Source: Thermodesulfobacteriota bacterium (GTDB lineage Bacteria > Desulfobacterota > Desulfobaccia > Desulfobaccales > 0-14-0-80-60-11). From it: DNA of 64,000 nt. A program made the translations under genes and the position numbers. The DNA is taken from the NCBI GenBank assembly GCA_049322355.1, contig JBMORG010000010.1, positions 435,186 through 499,185 on the forward strand, given 5' to 3'. The notes under the pieces are model-generated. The model saw nothing but the letters and a program-made list of their open reading frames with translations, made no database searches and had not been told where the DNA came from. Shown one piece after another: positions 33,462-42,934 of the stretch; the first letter of the stretch is position 1; every line of letters begins with the position of its first letter.

Positions 33462-35186
33462 ATGAAGACCATGTCACCCAGGCAGCTTTCCCGGATTGCT
33501 TACTTCTCTATGGAGATAGGGCTTGAATCGAACCTCCCCACCTATAGCGGCGGTCTGGGTGTACTTGCCGGAGATACGCTGCGGTCCGCCGCGGATTTAG
33601 GGCTCCCCATGGCAGGGGTGACCCTGGTTTACCGGCAGGGGTATTTCCGCCAGCACCTGGATTCCCAGGGAAATCAGAGCGAGAGTCCCGACTCCTGGAC
33701 CCCGGAAGCCATCCTGAAGCCTATGGAACCCCAGGTGACCATCACCATCGAAGGCCGGCAAGTGAAGCTGCGGGCCTGGCGCTATGAGATACAGGGCCTC
33801 GCCGGCCACAAGGTGCCGGTATATTTTTTGGACACGGCGCTGCCGGAAAACTCCCCCTGGGACCAGGCACTCACCGACCACCTCTATGGCGGCGACTCCC
33901 ATTACCGCCTGTGCCAGGAGGTGGTCTTGGGAATGGGCGGGATGGCCCTGATTTCCACTTTGTTCCCAGAGGATCGGGTAATCTACCACATGAATGAGGG
34001 ACATTCCGCCCTCCTGACTCTGTCCTTGTTGGAGTCCGGGGGTCAAAGCGGCGGTGCCTCGGCCCCTACCGAGGCCGAAGTGGAGGCCGTACGGCAGCAG
34101 TGCGTATTCACCACCCATACCCCGGTGCCGGCGGGCCACGACAAGTTTCATTGGGAAATGGTTACGAAGGTCCTGGGGCCGGAACGGGCGGACCTTTTGA
34201 AAGCTTCCAACTGCTGTTTCGACGGCAGCCTCAACATGACATACCTGGCTCTCCGGTTCGCCAGATATATCAATGGGGTAGCCATGCGACACGGTGAAAT
34301 TTCCACCGGAATGTTTCCCGATTATCCCATTGACGCCATCACCAACGGGGTGCACGCCGCGGCCTGGACCTCCCCGCCTTTTGCCGATCTGTTTGACCGG
34401 CGCATCCCTGAATGGCGCCAAGACAATTTCTACCTACGTTATGCCGTGGGTATTTCCCTTAACGAAATCGCCGCGGCCCATGCCCAGGCCAAGCGGATTT
34501 TGTTGGCCGAGGTGGAGAGACAGAGAGGCGTGCGTCTGCCTGAACATATCCTGACCATCGGCTTTGCCCGCCGGGCCACCACCTACAAGCGGCCGGAACT
34601 GCTGTTTTCCGACTTGGAGCGCTTAAAGGGAATGGCCGGGCAGGTGGGGCCGGTGCAGGTGATTTACGGCGGCAAGGCCCATCCCCACGACGAAGGAGGC
34701 AAGGACATGATCCGGCGGGTCTTTCAGGCAACCGCCAAGCTGGGCGACGCAGTGCGGGTGGTTTACCTGGAGAATTATAATATGGCTCTGGGGAAAATCC
34801 TCTGTGCCGGCGTCGACCTGTGGCTCAATACCCCCTTGCGGCCCCAGGAGGCCTCGGGAACCAGCGGTATGAAGGCGGCATTGAATGGCGTGCCCAGCCT
34901 GAGCGTACTCGATGGCTGGTGGGTGGAGGGGCACGTGGAGCAAGTAACCGGCTGGGCCATTGGCGATGAGTCCGCCGACCCGTCAGATGCTTCCCATGAC
35001 GCCATGTCATTGTATGACAAACTGGAGAGGATCATTTTGCCCCTCTATTACGGTAAACCCGAGGCCTATGTCAAGGTAAGGCGCTCCGCCATTGCCTTGA
35101 ACGGCTCGTTTTTCAATACTCAGCGCATGATTTCCCAATATGTTACGAACGCCTACTCTCTTTTGGAAGGAAATAGTCTAAAATGA
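33462..35186 (+). CDS. glgP: Alpha-glucan phosphorylase family protein (GT35, short type)
   Basis: IAYFSMEIGLESNLPTYSGGLGVLAGDTLRSAADLGLPMAGVTLVYRQGYFRQ and EASGTSGMKAALNG (PLP-lysine region). GGGAGG precedes the ATG at 33462. Confidence 0.85.
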   Translation: MKTMSPRQLSRIAYFSMEIGLESNLPTYSGGLGVLAGDTLRSAADLGLPMAGVTLVYRQGYFRQHLDSQGNQSESPDSWTPEAILKPMEPQVTITIEGRQVKLRAWRYEIQGLAGHKVPVYFLDTALPENSPWDQALTDHLYGGDSHYRLCQEVVLGMGGMALISTLFPEDRVIYHMNEGHSALLTLSLLESGGQSGGASAPTEAEVEAVRQQCVFTTHTPVPAGHDKFHWEMVTKVLGPERADLLKASNCCFDGSLNMTYLALRFARYINGVAMRHGEISTGMFPDYPIDAITNGVHAAAWTSPPFADLFDRRIPEWRQDNFYLRYAVGISLNEIAAAHAQAKRILLAEVERQRGVRLPEHILTIGFARRATTYKRPELLFSDLERLKGMAGQVGPVQVIYGGKAHPHDEGGKDMIRRVFQATAKLGDAVRVVYLENYNMALGKILCAGVDLWLNTPLRPQEASGTSGMKAALNGVPSLSVLDGWWVEGHVEQVTGWAIGDESADPSDASHDAMSLYDKLERIILPLYYGKPEAYVKVRRSAIALNGSFFNTQRMISQYVTNAYSLLEGNSLK

Positions 35187-35308
35187 AGAGCATCGGCGGT
35201 GCTGCCAAAAGAGGCTAACTGCCCCGGTATGCGCCGACATCTTTCACCGGGACAGCTTTAGGATCATTTTAGCCATGCCCGAGCCGTGCCCGAGTGGGGT
35301 AAACGGCC

Positions 35309-35347
35309 AAAAAAAAGGCGTAACCCTTTAAGATTACGCCTTATTTA
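35309..35347. terminator. Bidirectional intrinsic terminator between glgP and tRNA-Leu
   Basis: Hairpin GGCGTAA(35317-35323)/TTACGCC(35334-35340), flanked by an A8 run (35309-35316) on one side and TTATTT on the other. Confidence 0.6.
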
Positions 35348-35353
35348 ATCAAA

Positions 35354-35440
35354 TGGTGCCGAAGCGGGGATTTGAACCCCGACGGGGACACCCCCACTGG
35401 ACCCTGAACCCAGCGCGTCTACCAGTTCCGCCACTTCGGC
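35354..35440 (-). tRNA. tRNA-Leu (anticodon CAG), type II with long variable arm, CCA encoded
   Basis: The reverse complement reads GCCGAAGTGGCGGAACTGGTAGACGCGCTGGGTTCAGGGTCCAGTGGGGGTGTCCCCGTCGGGGTTCAAATCCCCGCTTCGGCACCA. Acceptor stem GCCGAAG/CTTCGGC, anticodon loop TTCAGGG, T-loop GGTTCAAATCC. Confidence 0.9.
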
Positions 35441-35491
35441 CGGTTGCCGGGGAAACCCGAAACGTTTCACCCTGGCAATTTCCAAATTCAA

Positions 35492-35521
35492 TATATATAA
35501 TTTCATGATAAATCTTGTCAA
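35492..35521 (-). promoter_or_regulatory. Candidate sigma70 promoter for tRNA-Leu
   Basis: On the minus strand: TTGACA (35521-35516), an 18-nt spacer, then TATATA (35497-35492), about 45 nt upstream of the mature tRNA 5' end. Confidence 0.45.
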
Positions 35522-35548
35522 GGCCAAACTGCGAGAGGCAATGCGTTG

Positions 35549-36475
35549 ATGGTTTATGATGATCTCCCCCCCGGGGAGCCGGCTTTTCCACGAACGGTGG
35601 CCACCATTGGGAATTTTGACGGCGTCCACCTGGGGCACCAGGCCATTCTGGACCGGGTCCGCCGGCGGGCCTCGGAGTTGGGGGGGAAAGCCGTGGCGAT
35701 AACTTTTAATCCCCATCCGGTGAAGGTCCTGCGGCCCGAAGTCAATTTGCCGCTACTCACCACCCAGGACCAGAAACTGAAGCTCCTGGCCGCTGCCGGG
35801 TTGGATGCAGTGGTGGTTTTACCGTTTTCCCGGGAATTTGCCGCGCTGTCGGCTCGGGATTTCGTGAGACAATATTTTTGCGAGCGCCTGCGGGCCCGGG
35901 AAGTGGTGGTGGGCCATGACTATTGCTTTGGGCGGGGCCGGGAGGGTAATATCGATCTCCTTAAGGAGATGGGAGCCGTTCATGGATTTACCGTGCAGGT
36001 AGTTTGGGCCGTGGAGGTGCAAGGCGCAGTGGTGAGCAGTTCCCTGATCCGGGCCATGCTGCGTCTGGGCAAAGTGACAGAAGCCGGGCGTCTGTTAGGT
36101 CGTCCTTACGAGGTGGCAGGCCGGGTAGTCCAGGGCAAGGGACGGGGAGCCAAGCTTCTGGGAGTGCCCACGGCCAACCTCCTTACTCCTAATGAGCTAC
36201 TGCCGGCTTGCGGCATTTACGCGGTTTGGGTCCGCCGGGATGATGCTACCATCCCCGGGGTGGCTAATATCGGCACCTGTCCCACCTTTAACAACAGCGA
36301 GCTCTCTTTGGAGGTGCATCTCATGGAATTCTCCGGCGACCTGTATGGCGAATCCCTGGAGGTGCAATTCGTCGCCCGGTTGCGGGAGGAGCAGCGCTTT
36401 CCCTCCATTGAGGCCCTGGGAACCCAGATCCGGGCAGATATCGACGCGGCCCGCCAGGTATTGGCGGTGCATTAA
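35549..36475 (+). CDS. ribF: Bifunctional riboflavin kinase / FAD synthetase
   Basis: ATIGNFDGVHLGHQAIL at the N-terminus, and a C-terminal riboflavin kinase half (PTANL...GIYAVWV...EVHLMEFSGDLYG). The start could be TTG at 35546 or ATG at 35549. Confidence 0.9.
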   Translation: MVYDDLPPGEPAFPRTVATIGNFDGVHLGHQAILDRVRRRASELGGKAVAITFNPHPVKVLRPEVNLPLLTTQDQKLKLLAAAGLDAVVVLPFSREFAALSARDFVRQYFCERLRAREVVVGHDYCFGRGREGNIDLLKEMGAVHGFTVQVVWAVEVQGAVVSSSLIRAMLRLGKVTEAGRLLGRPYEVAGRVVQGKGRGAKLLGVPTANLLTPNELLPACGIYAVWVRRDDATIPGVANIGTCPTFNNSELSLEVHLMEFSGDLYGESLEVQFVARLREEQRFPSIEALGTQIRADIDAARQVLAVH

Positions 36476-36497
36476 GGAAAAGGTTGAGACAAACATT

Positions 36498-36767
36498 ATG
36501 TGGCGGCACCGTGCAACCTGCGGCCATTGCGGCTGGAAGTCAAGATGGAATCGAGACCGGGAAGTGAGCGAGGCGGAGATCTGTGCTCACCTGAAGGATA
36601 GCCATAAAATTGCGACACCGCTGGACCCCGATGATTACTTGATGGAGAGGGAACGCCAGTGCGACTTTTGCCTGGAGCCGTACGTGGATGACTGCACCAA
36701 ATGCCGGCAGGATTTTTGCAACTTCCACGCCGGGGACATTGATGGCTTGTGTGGCGGGTGCATCTGA
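36498..36767 (+). CDS. Small Cys-rich (multi CxxC) protein, unknown function
   Basis: 89 aa from ATG 36498, within the longer track ORF 36192..36767 whose 5' part overlaps ribF. Motifs CGHC, CDFC, CTKC and CGGC suggest two zinc ribbons. Confidence 0.5.
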   Translation: MWRHRATCGHCGWKSRWNRDREVSEAEICAHLKDSHKIATPLDPDDYLMERERQCDFCLEPYVDDCTKCRQDFCNFHAGDIDGLCGGCI

Positions 36768-36801
36768 AAGACCCCCGCAACCCAGGATGCTCTGAAATAC
36801 C

Positions 36802-36830
36802 TTGACTTTTCCCATGAATTTTAATATATA
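36802..36830 (+). promoter_or_regulatory. Candidate sigma70 promoter for tRNA-Gly
   Basis: TTGACT (36802-36807), a 17-nt spacer, then TATATA (36825-36830), with the tRNA starting at 36841. Confidence 0.55.
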
Positions 36831-36840
36831 TATTTGTTGA

Positions 36841-36916
36841 GCGGGCATAGCTCAGCTGGTAGAGTACAAGCTTCCCAAGCTTGGTGTCGCGGGTTCGAAT
36901 CCCGTTGCCCGCTCCA
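36841..36916 (+). tRNA. tRNA-Gly (anticodon CCC), CCA encoded
   Basis: GCGGGCATAGCTCAGCTGGTAGAGTACAAGCTTCCCAAGCTTGGTGTCGCGGGTTCGAATCCCGTTGCCCGCTCCA. Anticodon stem CAAGC/GCTTG, loop TTCCCAA, T-loop GGTTCGAATCC. Confidence 0.9.
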
Positions 36917-37094
36917 GCCCGGGGGCGAGACGCGGTAGTAGCGGTTGCGGCCAGCGTCTCTAATCTTCCGGAAACCCGCTTCCCCCATCGAGGGGGCCGA
37001 TGTCCGGGGCAAGAACGTCGGTCTGCTTTGAGGGCGGAGTTAAGTAGTTTGCTCTGGGGCGCCCCGAGATAAAAAATCTTGGATTTTCCCGGAA

Positions 37095-37117
37095 GTGGGC
37101 TGCGGCCCGCTTTTTTT
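37095..37117 (+). terminator. Intrinsic terminator downstream of tRNA-Gly
   Basis: Stem GTGGGC/GCCCGC with loop TGCG, followed by a T7 run (37111-37117). Confidence 0.7.
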
Positions 37118-37235
37118 GTTGGTGGGAAGAGACTATGAACAACGACCTGGTTTAGTTTGAAAACCAGATAAAAAGGACCCAAGCGAAGCTTGGGTTGCAT
37201 TTGGGTTCCCAAGTTCAATTTGGGAGCCAGAACAA

Positions 37236-37766
37236 ATGAAAAATTTTACAGAAGAACGGACATTGTCAGACGAGTTAGGAACCAAACCGGAAGTGGTCAC
37301 AAAGGTGGAAGAGCTGATCCTGCCCCTTCTGGAGGCCCAGGGCGCGGAGTTGGTTGACCTGGAATATGCCCGGCCCCGGCGGGGGCGCGCCATCCTGCGT
37401 CTGTTTGTCGATCATCCCGGCGGCGGCATTACTCTGGAGGAGATCACCCGGATCAGCCGGATCGTGAGCGGCCTCTTGGACGTCCATGACCTCATTCCCG
37501 GTTCCTACAACCTGGAGGTGTCGTCTCCGGGCCTGACCCGGGCCTTGAAGAAGCCCCAGGATTATCAGCGCTTCGTGGGCCGGCTGGTGCGGGTCACTAC
37601 CCGGTCACCCTGGGAAGGGCACCAGGTTCACAGCGGCATCCTGCAGGGTCTTAAAGACAATGGTGTCTGTCTCAAAGAGGGTGATCACGTCACCTGCATC
37701 CCTTTGAGTGAAATTGCCCGGGCCCGGCTGGAGATTGATCTGAAAAATACTGGCAAGGAGGGCTAG
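37236..37766 (+). CDS. rimP: Ribosome maturation factor RimP
   Basis: 176 aa with LEVSSPGLTRALKKPQDYQRFVG. First gene of the rimP-nusA-infB block. Confidence 0.9.
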   Translation: MKNFTEERTLSDELGTKPEVVTKVEELILPLLEAQGAELVDLEYARPRRGRAILRLFVDHPGGGITLEEITRISRIVSGLLDVHDLIPGSYNLEVSSPGLTRALKKPQDYQRFVGRLVRVTTRSPWEGHQVHSGILQGLKDNGVCLKEGDHVTCIPLSEIARARLEIDLKNTGKEG

Positions 37767-37774
37767 TTCCTCGC

Positions 37775-39061
37775 ATGAATATAGAATTGAAGCGAATTAT
37801 CGATCAGGTAAGCCGCGATAAGGGGATTGAGAAAGACCTGCTCGTCGGGGCCATTAAGGACGCCATCCGTTCCGCGGCCAAGAAGAAGTACGGACCGCGC
37901 CTGGAAATCGAGGTGGAATACCGGGACGACACCGGGGAGATCGAGGTCTTTCAATATAAGGAAGTGGTGGAGGAGGTCAAGGATCCCAGTCTGGAAATTT
38001 CCCTGGTTGAAGGCCGGAAAGAGGACCCGGAATGCGAGGTGGGGGACAGTCTGGGCTTCAAAATGGACGCCTCGGCCTTCGGGCGCATCGCGGCCCAGTC
38101 GGCCAAACAGGTGATCATGCAGCGCATGAAGGACGCGGAGCGGGACCTGGTGTATGAAGATTATAAGGACCGCAAAGGTGAGATCATGAACGGCATCGTG
38201 CAGCGCCTGGACCCCGAGGGCATTATCGTTAATCTGGGGCGCACCGAAGCCTTGCTGCCGCCCATGGAGCAGGTTCCCCGAGAAATCTACCACAAAGGAG
38301 AGCGCATCCGGGCTTACGTCCTGGATGTGAAGCGGCAGACCCGGGGACCCCAGATTATCTTGTCCCGTACCCATCCCCAGTTTCTGGTGGCCCTGTTCGA
38401 AGCCGAGGTGCCGGAGATTTCCGAAGGCATCGTCCAGGTTTTAGGTTGCGCCCGGGAGCCGGGCAGCCGTTCCAAGATCGCAGTATCTTCCCGGGATTCG
38501 GATGTGGACCCGGTGGGGGCCTGCGTGGGTATGAAGGGAGCCCGGGTCCAAAATATTGTGCAGGAACTGCGGGGTGAAAAGATTGACATTATCCCCTGGC
38601 ACCCCGACCCGGCCAAGTTTGCCACCAATGCCTTGGCCCCGGCCCAGGTGAGCCGCATTATTTTGAGCAAGGAAAACCAGAGCATGGAAGTTATCGTGCC
38701 GGATGATCAGCTTTCCTTGGCCATCGGGAAAAGGGGTCAGAATGTCAGACTGGCTTCGCGCCTGGTGGGATGGAAGATCGACGTCAAAAGCGAGTCCAAG
38801 TATTCGAAATCTCTAAAAGAAGGTTATCTCTCCCTTTTAAGTATTCCCGGGGTGGGGGAGATCACGGCCAGTCTTCTGCACGAAGCAGGGTACACTTCTG
38901 CCCGGGAGGTGGCAGAAACCAATCTGGATGAGCTGATCCAGGCTACCGGATTGAATGAGAAGAAGGCTGCGGCGCTTATCAATGCGGCTCAGGAAATGAC
39001 CAGGGGGGGCGCGCCGGAGGATACAGTCGGTGGCCCTGGAAAGACAGCCGAGATCCAGTAA
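37775..39061 (+). CDS. nusA: Transcription termination/antitermination factor NusA
   Basis: 428 aa with an S1 and KH domain pattern (GACVGMKGARVQNIVQELRGEKIDII) and a C-terminal HhH. Confidence 0.95.
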   Translation: MNIELKRIIDQVSRDKGIEKDLLVGAIKDAIRSAAKKKYGPRLEIEVEYRDDTGEIEVFQYKEVVEEVKDPSLEISLVEGRKEDPECEVGDSLGFKMDASAFGRIAAQSAKQVIMQRMKDAERDLVYEDYKDRKGEIMNGIVQRLDPEGIIVNLGRTEALLPPMEQVPREIYHKGERIRAYVLDVKRQTRGPQIILSRTHPQFLVALFEAEVPEISEGIVQVLGCAREPGSRSKIAVSSRDSDVDPVGACVGMKGARVQNIVQELRGEKIDIIPWHPDPAKFATNALAPAQVSRIILSKENQSMEVIVPDDQLSLAIGKRGQNVRLASRLVGWKIDVKSESKYSKSLKEGYLSLLSIPGVGEITASLLHEAGYTSAREVAETNLDELIQATGLNEKKAAALINAAQEMTRGGAPEDTVGGPGKTAEIQ

Positions 39062-39121
39062 GGCTGAGGAATATTTTGCACCGCCAAGGGTGAAACCAGT
39101 TTCGGGGGTTAAGTTACGTAT

Positions 39122-41917
39122 ATGGGTAAGACCAGGATTGGAAATTTGGCCAAAGAATTGAAAATGGAAGTCCGGGAGTTGATCCAGCGTCTTAGGGACG
39201 AATTGGGGCTGCAGGAAAGCATCCACCATCTCAGTCTCCTGGACGATGAAACCGTGGCCCGGGCCCGACAGACAATCAGTACTGCTGCGCCCCAGGTCGA
39301 AGAGCTGCGGGTGGGTGATAAGGTCAAACGGCGGCGGCGAGTAGCCCCGCCTCCGTTCATCCCACCGGCCCCGCCCCCGGAAAAAGCCCAGGAAGCGGAA
39401 GCAGCACCCGCACCGCCCCCGCGTCCCAAAGAGGTGGTCAAGCCCCGGAAGCCCAAAGAAACCGTGGCCCGGGTGGTATCGCTGCCTCCAAAAGAAAAGG
39501 CGGTGTCTATGGAGGCGCCGCCATCGCCTCCGGCTCCAGAAATTTTGACAGCACCGGAAGCGAAAGCCGTAGTGACTCCCGAAGTGACCCCCGAAACCCC
39601 GGCGCCTACAGCTCCTGCACCCTCGCCGCCTCCTCCCCCGGTACAGCCGGCTGCTGCCACTCCCAAGCCCGCTGTGGCCGGGGACTCAGGGGCGGCATTG
39701 AAGCGGCAGCGGGGTAAAGCCAAAAAGAAAGAAGTGCCGGCCAGGATTATCAGCCTGCCCACAGAAAAAGCGCCAGCTGCGGCGCCGGCGGCGCCTGTGG
39801 AAACTCCCGCTGCCGTGGAGCGGGCCGCGCTCCGCCCCGCCGCAGAAAAAGGGGTTCCCAGCCCTGTCAAGGCCGGGGCCGGGCCAGTCAAGCCTACCGT
39901 GATCGTGGAAGAGAAAAAGGAGGTTAAAGGCAAGAAAAAGGCCAAACGCCCGGAAACGGAAGCCGCCCGGGCCAAACCCGTTAAAAAACGGGAAGTCCGG
40001 GAGCGGGCCGACCTTTACGGCGGCGCCGAAGCCGAAGTCCGGGGACCCGGCCGCCGCAAAGGCCTGAAAAAGGCCATCAAGAAAGTCTCCAAGGCCGAAC
40101 TTACGGTGCCCAAAGCCATCAAGCGGCGGGTCAAAGTGGGGGAATCCATTACCGTGGGCGAACTGGCCAAGCGCATGGGTATCAAGTCCGGCGAAATAAT
40201 CAAACAACTGATGCAGATGGGGGTTATTGCCACCATTAATTATCCTATTGATTTTGATTCCGCGGCCATCGTGGCGGGGGAGTTCGGTTATGAAGTGGAG
40301 CATGCCACTATGCAGGAAGAAGACCTGCTGGCGGTCGCACCCCGCAAGGAAGGCGAGGCTAAGCCCCGGCCTCCGGTGGTTACCATCATGGGCCACGTGG
40401 ACCATGGCAAGACCTCGCTTTTGGACGCCATCCGCCAGACCCGGGTGACTGAAGGAGAAGCCGGCGGCATTACCCAGCATATCGGCGCTTACTATGTAGA
40501 ACTCCCCGAAAAGCAAGGAGAAATAGTCTTCCTGGATACGCCGGGCCATGAGGCCTTCACTGCCATGCGGGCCCGGGGCGCCAAGGTCACGGACTTAGTG
40601 GTTCTGGTGGTGGCCGCAGACGATGGCGTTATGGAGCAGACCTCCGAGGCCATCAACCACGCTAAAGCCGCGGGAGTGCCTTTGGTGGTGGCCGTCAACA
40701 AGATCGATAAACCCAATGCCAACCCGGAACGGGTTAAGCGGGAACTGTCCAATGCCGGCGTGGTTTCGGAGGAATGGGGCGGCGACGTCCTGTTTACCGA
40801 GGTGTCGGCCAAAAAACGCATCGGCATTAAAGACTTATTGGAAAAGATCCTTCTCCAGGCAGAAATTCTGGATCTTAAAGCGGTGGCAGAGGTGCCGGCT
40901 TCGGGCCGGATTATCGAATCCCGCCTGGATAAAGGCCGGGGGCCGGTGGGCACCGTGCTGGTCCAGGAAGGCACTTTAAAGCCGGGAGATTATTTTGTGT
41001 GCGGCCCGCAGTATGGCCGGGTTCGGGCCCTGTTCGATGACCGGGGTGAAAAAGTGGAGGAAGTCCCTCCGGGTTTGCCTGCGGAAGTCCAAGGATTTAG
41101 CGGGGTTCCCGAGGCCGGGGACGAATTCCTGGTTTTGGAAGATGAACGCAAGGTTAAGCAGATCGCCATGATGCGTCAGCAGAAGCTGCGGGAGGCCACT
41201 TTGGCCCGCATCAGCCGGGTAAGCCTGGAAAAACTCTACCAGCAAGTGCGGGAGGGGGCGGTCAAAGAACTTAAGCTGGTGCTCAAGGCCGACGTGCACG
41301 GGTCTATCGAGGCTTTAGCCAAGGCCCTTTCTGAGTTGGGAACCAAGGACATCAAGGTATCTTTAATCCATTCGGGTTTAGGGGAGGTTTCCGAAAGCGA
41401 TATCATGCTGGCCTCGGCTTCAGACGCCATTGTGGTAGGGTTCAATGTCCGGGCCAATCCCAAGGCCGTGGCCCTGGCGGAGCAGGAGCAGGTGGATGTG
41501 CGGTACTACGATATCATCTACAACCTGCTGCAAGATATCCATGCCGCCCTGGAAGGGCTGTTGGAGCCCATTGTGGAAGAAAAGGTCATGGGTCGGGCCG
41601 AAGTGCGACAGATCTTTACCATCAGCAAAGTGGGCAGTATTGCCGGCTGCATGATCTTGGACGGCAAGGTGGAGCGGAACGCGCTGGCCCGGGTGCTGCG
41701 CCAGGGGAAGGTAATGTCCGAAGGCGGCAAGGTCACATCCCTGAAGCGCTTCAAAGAGGATGTCAAAGAGGTCTTGGCCGGGTACGAATGCGGTATCGGC
41801 ATTGACCGGTTTAACGAGTTTGAAGTGGGCGACATCATTGAAGTTTATACCCAGGAAAAAGTGAAAGCCGTCTTAGAGGCCCCTGGAGCCAAGGCGGAAG
41901 TGACAGCCGAAGCCTAG
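39122..41917 (+). CDS. infB: Translation initiation factor IF-2
   Basis: 931 aa. Pro/Ala-rich N-terminal region, G-domain motifs [14 protein letters not shown] and NKID. Confidence 0.95.
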   Translation: MGKTRIGNLAKELKMEVRELIQRLRDELGLQESIHHLSLLDDETVARARQTISTAAPQVEELRVGDKVKRRRRVAPPPFIPPAPPPEKAQEAEAAPAPPPRPKEVVKPRKPKETVARVVSLPPKEKAVSMEAPPSPPAPEILTAPEAKAVVTPEVTPETPAPTAPAPSPPPPPVQPAAATPKPAVAGDSGAALKRQRGKAKKKEVPARIISLPTEKAPAAAPAAPVETPAAVERAALRPAAEKGVPSPVKAGAGPVKPTVIVEEKKEVKGKKKAKRPETEAARAKPVKKREVRERADLYGGAEAEVRGPGRRKGLKKAIKKVSKAELTVPKAIKRRVKVGESITVGELAKRMGIKSGEIIKQLMQMGVIATINYPIDFDSAAIVAGEFGYEVEHATMQEEDLLAVAPRKEGEAKPRPPVVTIMGHVDHGKTSLLDAIRQTRVTEGEAGGITQHIGAYYVELPEKQGEIVFLDTPGHEAFTAMRARGAKVTDLVVLVVAADDGVMEQTSEAINHAKAAGVPLVVAVNKIDKPNANPERVKRELSNAGVVSEEWGGDVLFTEVSAKKRIGIKDLLEKILLQAEILDLKAVAEVPASGRIIESRLDKGRGPVGTVLVQEGTLKPGDYFVCGPQYGRVRALFDDRGEKVEEVPPGLPAEVQGFSGVPEAGDEFLVLEDERKVKQIAMMRQQKLREATLARISRVSLEKLYQQVREGAVKELKLVLKADVHGSIEALAKALSELGTKDIKVSLIHSGLGEVSESDIMLASASDAIVVGFNVRANPKAVALAEQEQVDVRYYDIIYNLLQDIHAALEGLLEPIVEEKVMGRAEVRQIFTISKVGSIAGCMILDGKVERNALARVLRQGKVMSEGGKVTSLKRFKEDVKEVLAGYECGIGIDRFNEFEVGDIIEVYTQEKVKAVLEAPGAKAEVTAEA

Positions 41918-42003
41918 GCTAATCATAAGGCGCACCCAGGTTTTGCGCCCACTTATAGAGCGGACACAAGGGTCCATCCCTGCAACGGTTCGTAAGAGCG
42001 CTT

Positions 42004-42297
42004 ATGATTATCGCCGCGGCTCAAATTACTTTGGTTATTCCTGAGAACGATTCCTTGAAAGGTAAGCGGCGGGTGGTTAAAAGCCTCGTCGAGAAAGTGC
42101 GGCACAAGTTTGAGGCAGCCGTGGCTGAAGTGGGCGACAACGACCTGTGGCAGAAGGCCAAGATCGGGGTGGCCCTGGTGGGCAATGACTCGCAACTGTT
42201 GAGGAGCCGTCTGCAGCAGATCATGAAATTTATGGAGAACCAGCACCTGGCAGAGATTATCGATTCCCAGGTGGAACTCTGTTACCTGGAAAAATAA
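42004..42297 (+). CDS. DUF503 (YlxP-like) protein
   Basis: 97 aa with LVIPENDSLKGKRRVVKSLVEKVRHKF...AEVGDNDLWQKAKIGVALV. It occupies the conserved position between infB and rbfA. Confidence 0.75.
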   Translation: MIIAAAQITLVIPENDSLKGKRRVVKSLVEKVRHKFEAAVAEVGDNDLWQKAKIGVALVGNDSQLLRSRLQQIMKFMENQHLAEIIDSQVELCYLEK

Positions 42298-42302
42298 GAC
42301 AC

Positions 42303-42683
42303 GTGAAACATCGATCCCCTACTGGACGCCCCCATCGGGTGGCGGAACTGCTCCGGGAGCGGCTGGCGCTGATTCTGCTACATAAGTGCGCCGATCCCCG
42401 CCTGAAGGAGCTCACCCTCACCGAGGTGGAGATGAGCCCGGATTTAAAACAGGCCCGGGTGTTTTACGTGGTGCGGGAAAAAGTGGACGCCACGCAGGTG
42501 CAGATGGCGCTGGATAAGGCGTTGGGCTTCATCAAACAGGAAGTGGCCAAAGAAAACCTTTTCCGGTTGATGCCGGAATTCTTCTTTCAACCGGACACGG
42601 GACTGGATCGGGCGGCCCAGTTGGAGAAGTTGTTTGAGGCGGCAAAGAGTCAGCAGAAATCAGACGGTCCGGAAGAGGATTGA
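42303..42683 (+). CDS. rbfA: Ribosome-binding factor A
   Basis: 126 aa, GTG start. RVAELLRERLALILLHK...LTEVEMSPDLKQARVFY. Confidence 0.9.
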   Translation: MKHRSPTGRPHRVAELLRERLALILLHKCADPRLKELTLTEVEMSPDLKQARVFYVVREKVDATQVQMALDKALGFIKQEVAKENLFRLMPEFFFQPDTGLDRAAQLEKLFEAAKSQQKSDGPEED

Positions 42684-42779
42684 AGGGTTGATAAAGCAAT
42701 TTAGGGCACGCATGCCTGCCAAAGGGTAGGCGATGCCTCCAAAATATCGGGACTAAGCGCGGCAAGAGCCAATCTTTTT

Positions 42780-42858
42780 CCTCCCCCTTGATGGGGGAGG
42801 GTAGGGAGGGGGTGAAAAAATCCCCCTCCCCTTTATCCCCTCCCACCAGGGGAGAGGA
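42780..42858. repeat. GC-rich triple-hairpin repeat (family 1: CCTCCCCCTTGATGGGGGAGG type)
   Basis: Three consecutive hairpins: CCTCCCCC-TTGA-TGGGGGAGG, GGGAGGGGG-N9-CCCCCTCCC and CCCCT-N6-AGGGG. A ~30-nt core recurs in inverse orientation at 51381-51418. Confidence 0.85.
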
Positions 42859-42863
42859 AGATA

Positions 42864-42926
42864 TGTAGGGCGGGCACTGCCCGCCATAATAGCAAAAAGG
42901 AAAAAAAGGCGGGCGGTGCCCACCTA
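42864..42926. repeat. Inverted-repeat element (family 2: TGTAGGGYGGGCACTGCCCGCCAT ... GGCGGGCGGYGCCC)
   Basis: Left arm TGTAGGGCGGGCACTGCCCGCCAT and right arm AGGCGGGCGGTGCCCACCTA, separated by an A-rich ~20-nt loop. A second copy with the same architecture lies at 59153-59220. Confidence 0.85.
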
Positions 42927-42934
42927 TATGAAAC

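Noticed and set aside
36496-37218. 240-aa minus-strand ORF spanning the tRNA-Gly locus (and ORF 35345..35716 across tRNA-Leu).
   Set aside because: It overlaps a well-formed tRNA, its promoter and terminator. The composition is low-complexity. Spurious.
39062-39121. Absence of a ylxR/DUF448 gene between nusA and infB.
   Set aside because: The gap is only 60 nt. Absence of this gene is common in many lineages and not informative.
39300-39960. Pro/Ala/Lys-rich low-complexity stretch that could be mistaken for a repeat element or separate gene.
   Set aside because: It is the usual variable N-terminal region of IF-2, in frame with the G-domain.
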